Below, piece after piece: positions 57,922-64,000 of a DNA stretch of 64,000 bases. The stretch comes from Candidatus Latescibacterota bacterium (GTDB lineage Bacteria > Latescibacterota > UBA2968 > UBA8231), in assembly GCA_965197905.1 (NCBI GenBank), contig CBDAOB010000004.1, positions 1 through 64,000 of the forward strand, written 5' to 3'. Position numbers and translations under genes: made by a program. The notes beneath the pieces were generated by a model. That model did no database searches, was not told the DNA's origin, and was given only the letters and a program-made list of their open reading frames with translations. Numbering within the stretch: the first letter of the stretch is position 1; each line of letters opens with the position of its first letter.

Positions 57922-58667
57922 TGGCCCCTCCAAGCACGCTCAACTACCTTCTGGAGATCTGCAAACGGCGTGGGGCCGGCTATCTGACCCTCCTCGATCC
58001 CGATCGCCTGCCACCGGGTGAGTTGGAAGAAAGAGCCAAAGCGTGCGCCGATGCCGATGCCGATGCCATTCTGGTCGGAACGAGCCTTATGCTGTCGGAC
58101 CATTCCACCGTTTTCCAGCGCATAAAAGGAACGGTGGACATACCGGTCATCATTTTTCCGGGCAGCGTTGGCCAAATCGTTCCCACGGCGGACGCGATTC
58201 TGTTTCTGTCCCTCATCAGCGGTCGCAATCCTGAACTGCTCATAGGTCAGCACGTGAAAGCGGCCCCGTTGCTCAAGGAATATGGTGTAGAGGCGATTCC
58301 CACCGGCTACGTCCTGATCGAATCCGGAGTGTTCACCTCCGTTGAATTCATGAGCAATACCCGCCCGATCCCGCGTGCCAAAAACGATATCGCGATGGCT
58401 CACGCCCTGGCTGCCGAATACCTGGGTATGCGTTTGGTCTATCTAGAGGCTGGCAGTGGCGCCCGGGATCCGGTCCCTGACGAAATGATAGAAGCCGTCG
58501 TTAATTACGTGTCGTTGCCAGTCATGGTCGGCGGCGGGATTCGCGATCCCCAGACCGCCCGTACAAAGGTTGAAATGGGCGCCCGTTTCGTGGTAACTGG
58601 CACAGCCGTTGAAAACGACCCGGGCCGTTTGCGCGAATTGGGAGAGGCGGTGCATACCAATGGGTGA
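57921..58667 (+). CDS. Geranylgeranylglyceryl phosphate synthase-family protein (group II-like)
   Basis: LLDPD, ILVGTS, IIFPG, LFLSLISGRNP..LIG, PTGY, YLEAGSGA, VGGGIR; TAATG coupling to alaS. Confidence 0.92.
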   Translation: MAPPSTLNYLLEICKRRGAGYLTLLDPDRLPPGELEERAKACADADADAILVGTSLMLSDHSTVFQRIKGTVDIPVIIFPGSVGQIVPTADAILFLSLISGRNPELLIGQHVKAAPLLKEYGVEAIPTGYVLIESGVFTSVEFMSNTRPIPRAKNDIAMAHALAAEYLGMRLVYLEAGSGARDPVPDEMIEAVVNYVSLPVMVGGGIRDPQTARTKVEMGARFVVTGTAVENDPGRLRELGEAVHTNG

Positions 58668-59487
58668 AGCGAGGTCACGCGCGGACGCTCCCATGGTGGA
58701 TATCCACAGCCACGCCCTACCCGGAGTAGACGACGGGGCCACATCGATGGAACAGGCGTTGGCCATGTTGCGGGGAGCGTGGGATGACCGCATCGGCACA
58801 GTCGTGCTTACGCCCCATTTTCGGCCGGAGGACGGACCCGAGCAGGCTGCCCTGCACGAACAGCGATTCACCGAGTTGCGTACGGCGGTCAGCACCGCCG
58901 GGCTGCCGATCGAGATTCACCTCGGGGCGGAAATCGGGTTCCGCTTCAAAATGGCCGAGGCCGCAAGCTTGCCCGCCTGTCGTATCTCCTCAGCCGGGCG
59001 GTACGTGTTGGTTGACTTACCCCATGGACCGCTACCCACCGGCATCGAGCAGGGGTTCTTCGAGCTCCGGTTGGCAGGTGTAAAACCGATTTTAGCTCAC
59101 CCGGAACGCCATCGACAACTCTCGCGGGCACCGGAGTGGTACGATCGTCTGCGCGAGCAAGACCTGCTCTTCCAAGTGACAGCTGGAAGCATTACGGGCA
59201 GGTTTGGCTCGCGGGCCCAGCAGGCCTCCGAATATCTGTTAGACCGGGGATGGGCCGATCTCGCTGCCAGCGACGCCCACGATCTGGAACACCGCCCCTT
59301 TGGTCTGTCGGCGGCGCGGGAACGGGTCGAGGAGCTTTGGGGCGAAGAAGAGGGTGTGCGACTGTTCGAAACCAATCCCAACTGCGTCGTGCTTGGAGAG
59401 GAATTCGAGATGCAAGACTACATGCCCCAGCCGACTGAATCAACATCGTTTCTCCGCCGGCTCGTGGATGTCTTCACAGGCTCATAG
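58660..59487 (+). CDS. PHP-family (CpsB/CapC/YwqE) tyrosine-protein phosphatase
   Basis: DIHSH.LPGVDDG, TPH, GAE, LAHPER, ASDAH. Confidence 0.92.
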   Translation: MGEARSRADAPMVDIHSHALPGVDDGATSMEQALAMLRGAWDDRIGTVVLTPHFRPEDGPEQAALHEQRFTELRTAVSTAGLPIEIHLGAEIGFRFKMAEAASLPACRISSAGRYVLVDLPHGPLPTGIEQGFFELRLAGVKPILAHPERHRQLSRAPEWYDRLREQDLLFQVTAGSITGRFGSRAQQASEYLLDRGWADLAASDAHDLEHRPFGLSAARERVEELWGEEEGVRLFETNPNCVVLGEEFEMQDYMPQPTESTSFLRRLVDVFTGS

Positions 59488-59494
59488 TGTACAG

Positions 59495-59767
59495 ATGATT
59501 ACCGAAACGATCACCATAAAGAACCCCTTGGGAATACACGCGAGACCGGCTGCTCTGCTCGTCCAGAAGGCCGCCAAGTTCAAGTCGGAGATTTTTCTTT
59601 CGAAGGGCGAGGTGCACCGCATCAACGGCAAAAGTGTCATGGGTGTGATGATGCTGGCGGCGGAGCAGGGTTCCGAGGTCGTGGTCGAAGCCGACGGCGA
59701 AGACGAGGCCGAAGCCATCGCCGTGCTTGCCGAACTGCTGGGCAGCGACTTCGAGGTGCAGGCCTGA
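59495..59767 (+). CDS. ptsH: Phosphocarrier protein HPr
   Basis: GIHARPA (His15), NGKSVMGVMML (Ser46). Confidence 0.96.
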   Translation: MITETITIKNPLGIHARPAALLVQKAAKFKSEIFLSKGEVHRINGKSVMGVMMLAAEQGSEVVVEADGEDEAEAIAVLAELLGSDFEVQA

Positions 59768-61545
59768 TGTACACGCGTCTGGAGGGTATCGCCGCCTCCC
59801 CCGGGGTCGGGATCGGCCGCGCCTTCATCTTCAACAAGGAGATGCCGCGGATTTCGGAGCGACGGATCCCCGCGAACCAGGTGGAGGTCGAGGTAGAGCG
59901 GTTCCGCAATACCCTGCGCCAAGCCGGGGACGAGATTCGTCGAACCCGGCGTATGGTGGAGATGGAACATGGCGCTGAGCTGGCGCAGATCTTCGACGCA
60001 CAGCTTTTGATGCTGCAGGACTCCCACGTTCTACGCCACACCATCTCCCTGATCCGCGATCAGCGCTATTCCGCCCAACGGGCGTTCTCACAATCCTTAG
60101 AACAGATGAAGAACACCTTCGAAGGTATCGAGAACGAATACCTGCGCGCTCGCCTGAGCGATGTACTGGATATCGAAAGCCAAGTCCTCATTCGGTTGGG
60201 AGGGGGCGAGTTGCAGGCACTGCGAGCCGTGCGGGCAAACACCGTGGTTGTCATTCACGAGCTCCTGCCGTCCGAATCGGTGCAGTTGGGCGGAAGGCTA
60301 GTAAAGGGCCTCGTCACCGAGGTGGGCGGCGCGACTTCGCATGCCAGCATCATTACCCGATCCATGCTATTGCCGGCTGTGGTCGGCACCAAGAGCGGGT
60401 GCTCCGAGATAAAATCAGGTGACCTGGTGATCGTAGATGGGACCCAGGGTGTCGTCCACGTGAACCCCGAAGCCGACATCGTGCGTTATTACCGCGGCGA
60501 GCTGCGACGGCAGCTTCGCCGCGAGCGCGATCTCAGCTCCAGGCGTGAGCTTCCGGCGGTCACGCGGGACGAGTGTGAGATCGTGTTGATGGCCAATATC
60601 GACGTCCCCAATGAGATTCAATTAGCCATCGACAACGGCGCCCGTGGAGTGGGCATGTACCGGACCGAGTTTCTGTATCAAGGGTATAGGCTCCCCACCG
60701 AAGAGGAGCAACTGGAGGCGTACAGCGAGATCGTCGAAGCCCTGGCGCCGAATCCTGTTATCATTCGCACTATCGATCTTGGGGGCGACAAGCTAGCGCA
60801 CGCGCTGGATGTCGTACCCGAGGCGAATCCCTTCCTCGGTTGGAGGGGAATTCGGATATGTCTAGATACGCCCGACCTGTTCAGTTGTCAGCTACGGGCT
60901 TTGTTGCGGGCGGGCGTTCACGGCGAGGTACAGATCCTGTTCCCCATGATTTCTGGCTTTGACGAGCTGCAACGGGCTCGCGCTGCGCTGGAAGCCGTCA
61001 AGTACGAGCTTCGAGCCGAAGGCCTTCCCTTCCAAGAAGAGGTAAAGGTTGGAGTCATGATCGAGGTGCCGTCGGTTGCCCTGATGGCGGACCGATTCGC
61101 CCGCGAAGTCGATTTTTTCAGTCTCGGAACCAACGATCTTACGCAGTACGCGCTGGCGGTGGATCGCGGTACTGCGAGGGTGGCGGACCTTTACGATCCT
61201 TTCCATCCCGCCGTTCTAAAGCTCATGAAAATGGTCGCGGATACGGGTGCCGAGCATAAAACCCCGGTCAGTATCTGCGGTGAGCTGGCGGGAGATCCCC
61301 GCGCGGTTCTCCTCCTCGTCGGGTTGGGGCTGGAAATCCTAAGCATAAGTCCCGGCTTGATCCCGGAGGTAAAAGAGGTGATACGTGCGGGCAGTCAGGA
61401 AGAAGCCAAACAGTTGGCGGAGGAATGTCTGGCAATGGAAACGGGTAAAAAAGTGCGCCGCTTCCTCGACGAAGAGATGGCGAAATACCTCGAGAACGTC
61501 CCCTTTTCGAAGTCGCCGAACGACACCGAATCCGAGCTCAACTGA
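59767..61545 (+). CDS. ptsI: PTS enzyme I
   Basis: GIAASPG, GGATSHASI, GMYRTEFL, NPFLGWRGIR, SLGTNDLTQY, CGELAG. Confidence 0.97.
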   Translation: MYTRLEGIAASPGVGIGRAFIFNKEMPRISERRIPANQVEVEVERFRNTLRQAGDEIRRTRRMVEMEHGAELAQIFDAQLLMLQDSHVLRHTISLIRDQRYSAQRAFSQSLEQMKNTFEGIENEYLRARLSDVLDIESQVLIRLGGGELQALRAVRANTVVVIHELLPSESVQLGGRLVKGLVTEVGGATSHASIITRSMLLPAVVGTKSGCSEIKSGDLVIVDGTQGVVHVNPEADIVRYYRGELRRQLRRERDLSSRRELPAVTRDECEIVLMANIDVPNEIQLAIDNGARGVGMYRTEFLYQGYRLPTEEEQLEAYSEIVEALAPNPVIIRTIDLGGDKLAHALDVVPEANPFLGWRGIRICLDTPDLFSCQLRALLRAGVHGEVQILFPMISGFDELQRARAALEAVKYELRAEGLPFQEEVKVGVMIEVPSVALMADRFAREVDFFSLGTNDLTQYALAVDRGTARVADLYDPFHPAVLKLMKMVADTGAEHKTPVSICGELAGDPRAVLLLVGLGLEILSISPGLIPEVKEVIRAGSQEEAKQLAEECLAMETGKKVRRFLDEEMAKYLENVPFSKSPNDTESELN

Positions 61546-62543
61546 TGGCAGCTGGCACAGATCGGATTTGGGCTGTGATACCGGTTGCGGGCTCGGGTAA
61601 ACGCCTGCGTCCCCATACCTACACACGTCCCAAGCCGCTACTGCACGTTGCAGGTCAGCCAATCATTGGGCATATTTTGGACCAACTTGCGCGATTGGGC
61701 GTGAGCAAAATCGTGCTCGTTGTAGGGTACATGGGCGAGCTGATCGTGGATTACGTCCGCGCGCGTGACGACTTCGAGGTCGTCGAGAGCGTGCCGCAGC
61801 CAGAGCAACTAGGGCTGGGCCACGCCACACTGCTTACTCGACCCGTCGTCGGCGGCGATCCGATGATGATCGTCTACGGTGATACCATCTTCGAATGCGA
61901 TCTGTCAGCGGTCCTCGAGCGCAGCGAAGACGCGACCATCGGCGTGAAACAGGTGGAAGATCCAAGCCGTTTCGGGGTTGTCGTCGAACAGGCTGGCAAG
62001 GTCACCAAGCTGGTGGAAAAACCGGAAACCTTCGTTTCCGACCTGGCGATCGTCGGGGTGAACATGATTGCGCGGAGTGATCTGCTGTTCGACTGTCTGC
62101 AGCAGATGGTCGATAACGACCTTCGCACCCGAGGGGAATATCAGCTGACAGACGGGTTTCAACGAATGGTGGAGAGAGGCGCAGATCTCGGCTGTTTCAG
62201 CATCGACCATTGGTTCGACTGCGGCACGCAAGAAGCGCTACTGGCCACCAATCGCCACATGCTCCAGGGAAGTACAGCGCCGGACTTCTCCGGTGAGACG
62301 GTGATTTTGCCTCCAGTGCATATCGACTCTTCGGCCGAAATAGCCGGCTCTGTGATCGGTCCATATGTTTCGGTAGGGGCCGGTTCGAAAGTGGCGTCCG
62401 CCATTATTCGCAATTCGATTCTCGGCGAGCAGGCCACGGTAAAAGACGTCATCTTGGAAAACTCGATCGTTGGATTCCAAGCGGCGGTCGTTGGTTCGGC
62501 AAGCAGCCTGAACGTCGGCGATCTGTCGGAGATTCGCCATTGA
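61545..62543 (+). CDS. Sugar-phosphate nucleotidyltransferase (glucose-1-phosphate thymidylyltransferase-like, long form)
   Basis: VAGSGKRLRP.T..RPKPL, QLGLGHA, EKP, RGEYQLTD, WFDCG, C-terminal hexapeptide repeats. Confidence 0.9.
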   Translation: MAAGTDRIWAVIPVAGSGKRLRPHTYTRPKPLLHVAGQPIIGHILDQLARLGVSKIVLVVGYMGELIVDYVRARDDFEVVESVPQPEQLGLGHATLLTRPVVGGDPMMIVYGDTIFECDLSAVLERSEDATIGVKQVEDPSRFGVVVEQAGKVTKLVEKPETFVSDLAIVGVNMIARSDLLFDCLQQMVDNDLRTRGEYQLTDGFQRMVERGADLGCFSIDHWFDCGTQEALLATNRHMLQGSTAPDFSGETVILPPVHIDSSAEIAGSVIGPYVSVGAGSKVASAIIRNSILGEQATVKDVILENSIVGFQAAVVGSASSLNVGDLSEIRH

Positions 62544-62584
62544 CCTCAATACTATTCGCAACACTACACTAGCAAGGAGCACTA

Positions 62585-63754
62585 ATGTCGAGATTTCTGT
62601 TTACCTCTGAATCGGTATCGGAGGGTCACCCCGACAAGGTTGCCGACAAGATTTCGGATGCCATCCTGGATGCGATGTTGGTGCAGGACGTCCAATCGAG
62701 GGTCGCCTGCGAAACCCTTGTAACGACCGGACAGGTGGTGGTGGCGGGAGAGGTTACGACCCGCGCCCGAGTCGACATTCAAAAGATCGTCCGCGATACC
62801 ATAAAAGAGATCGGCTACAGCAAACCGGAGTACGGCTTCGACTACCGTTCGTGCGGCATCATGATCGCGTTGGACCAGCAATCCCCCGATATCGCGCAGG
62901 GCGTCGACGAGAGTTCGGGTCTGCACGATGAGCAGGGTGCGGGAGACCAGGGCATGATGTTCGGATACGCATGTCGCGAAACCCCGCAGCTGATGCCGTT
63001 GCCCATTGTGCTCGCTCATCGTTTGCTGCTGGAGCTGGCCCGACTACGCAAGAGAAACAAACTCAAATACCTGCGCCCCGACTCGAAGTCTCAGGTTACG
63101 GTGGAGTACGTCGACGGCAAACCGACGCGGGTTGACACGGTCGTAATCTCGACGCAGCACGACCCCGACGCCGCGCACAGCCGCATCACGCGGGATATTG
63201 TCAGCGGTCTTATCAAGAAAGTGATCCCATCAAGGTATCTCGACAGGGACACGATTTATCACGTTAACCCTACCGGTAGATTCGTCGTGGGCGGGCCGCA
63301 CGGGGATTGCGGTCTAACAGGTCGCAAGATTATCGTGGACACCTATGGGGGCATGTGCCCACATGGTGGGGGCGCGTTCTCCGGAAAAGACCCGTCAAAG
63401 GTGGATCGTAGCGCCCACTACATGGCGCGATATATGGCCAAGAATATCGTGGCGGCACAACTTGCTTCACGATGCCAGGTTCAATTGGCTTATGCGATCG
63501 GAGTGGCGCAGCCAGTTTCCATCCTGGTAGATACTTATGGAACGGGCAAGCTTGAGGATGAGAAGATCGCCGAGGTGGCCACCGAGGTCTTCGATTTGAC
63601 GCCGAAAGGCATCATCAAGACGCTCAAGCTTCGTCGCCCGATCTATGGGGAAACAGCTGCTTACGGACATTTCGGCCGCAGCGGTGACGGATTCACCTGG
63701 GAGCATACGAACAAAGCCAAAACCTTGAAACGGTTGGCCGCTGCCGCCCGGTAA
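62585..63754 (+). CDS. metK: S-adenosylmethionine synthetase
   Basis: [41 protein letters not shown]. Confidence 0.99.
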   Translation: MSRFLFTSESVSEGHPDKVADKISDAILDAMLVQDVQSRVACETLVTTGQVVVAGEVTTRARVDIQKIVRDTIKEIGYSKPEYGFDYRSCGIMIALDQQSPDIAQGVDESSGLHDEQGAGDQGMMFGYACRETPQLMPLPIVLAHRLLLELARLRKRNKLKYLRPDSKSQVTVEYVDGKPTRVDTVVISTQHDPDAAHSRITRDIVSGLIKKVIPSRYLDRDTIYHVNPTGRFVVGGPHGDCGLTGRKIIVDTYGGMCPHGGGAFSGKDPSKVDRSAHYMARYMAKNIVAAQLASRCQVQLAYAIGVAQPVSILVDTYGTGKLEDEKIAEVATEVFDLTPKGIIKTLKLRRPIYGETAAYGHFGRSGDGFTWEHTNKAKTLKRLAAAAR

Positions 63755-63910
63755 TTTCGACGAATTGCGTGTTGCGTGCAGGCCAAGTCTGGCTCTTTCG
63801 CCGCCGGCGCCTTCGGACCGTAAGAAAGGTGTTCCGGCAGTGTCCACAAAATCATATATTATCCAGCCACATTCTCGGACTCACGATTAGTATCCGAAAG
63901 GAGACGCACC

Positions 63911-64000
63911 ATGGGCAGGGCGCTACGCTCCTGGGTTCCGCGGCTCTGGAAGACACTGGGCTCGGGAGGTTTAGGCCTCCTTGCCTGCTTGTTGATACAG
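63911..64000 (+). CDS. Start of a probable secreted/membrane protein (runs off window)
   Basis: aaggag RBS then ATG; hydrophobic GLGLLACLLI. Confidence 0.45.
   Translation, partial: MGRALRSWVPRLWKTLGSGGLGLLACLLIQ

Noticed and set aside
62543..62585. SAM riboswitch upstream of metK
   Set aside because: The intergenic gap is only ~40 bp, with no recognisable aptamer.

Overview
The window has two parts. From 1 to ~49.9 kb is a mosaic accessory island. Its right end is a P4-type tyrosine integrase next to a tRNA-3'-end-like att remnant (ctctctccgcca); its left end lies outside the window. From 49.9 to 64 kb is intact core genome: tRNA-Ala(CGC), large SRP RNA, dnaX, recR, pgsA, pgpA, recA, recX, alaS, a group II GGGP synthase, a PHP phosphatase, ptsH, ptsI, a nucleotidyltransferase and metK. 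The centrepiece is a ~21 kb minus-strand hybrid CRISPR-Cas operon: csb1/cas7 - csb2 - [csx1 - cmr1 - cas10 - cmr3 - cmr4 - cmr5 - cmr6] - cas3 - cas8g-like - AAA/PD-(D/E)XK - cas4/1 - cas2 - array (19 repeats plus 1 degenerate). A type III-B module with no cas6 is therefore nested inside a type I-G operon. Three features stand out. (1) Csb2 carries an in-frame ~240-aa phosphoribosyltransferase domain. (2) A divergent degenerate mini-array upstream of the operon has a spacer whose seed matches the adjacent AT-rich putative promoter region (10/11 nt, mismatch at position 6, 5'-TTG PAM), a candidate autoregulatory crRNA. (3) The AAA-nuclease gene is bracketed by relic copies of the cas4/1 and cas3 5' ends. 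The island also holds a serine recombinase/DUF2924 module, IS256, IS30 and IS1595 remnants, a three-gene MBL-hydrolase cassette and an int-alpA-primase-helicase module. Many island genes have frameshifts, and those inspected fall in homopolymers, so some may be sequencing errors. All family assignments come from motif recognition by eye; no searches were run.
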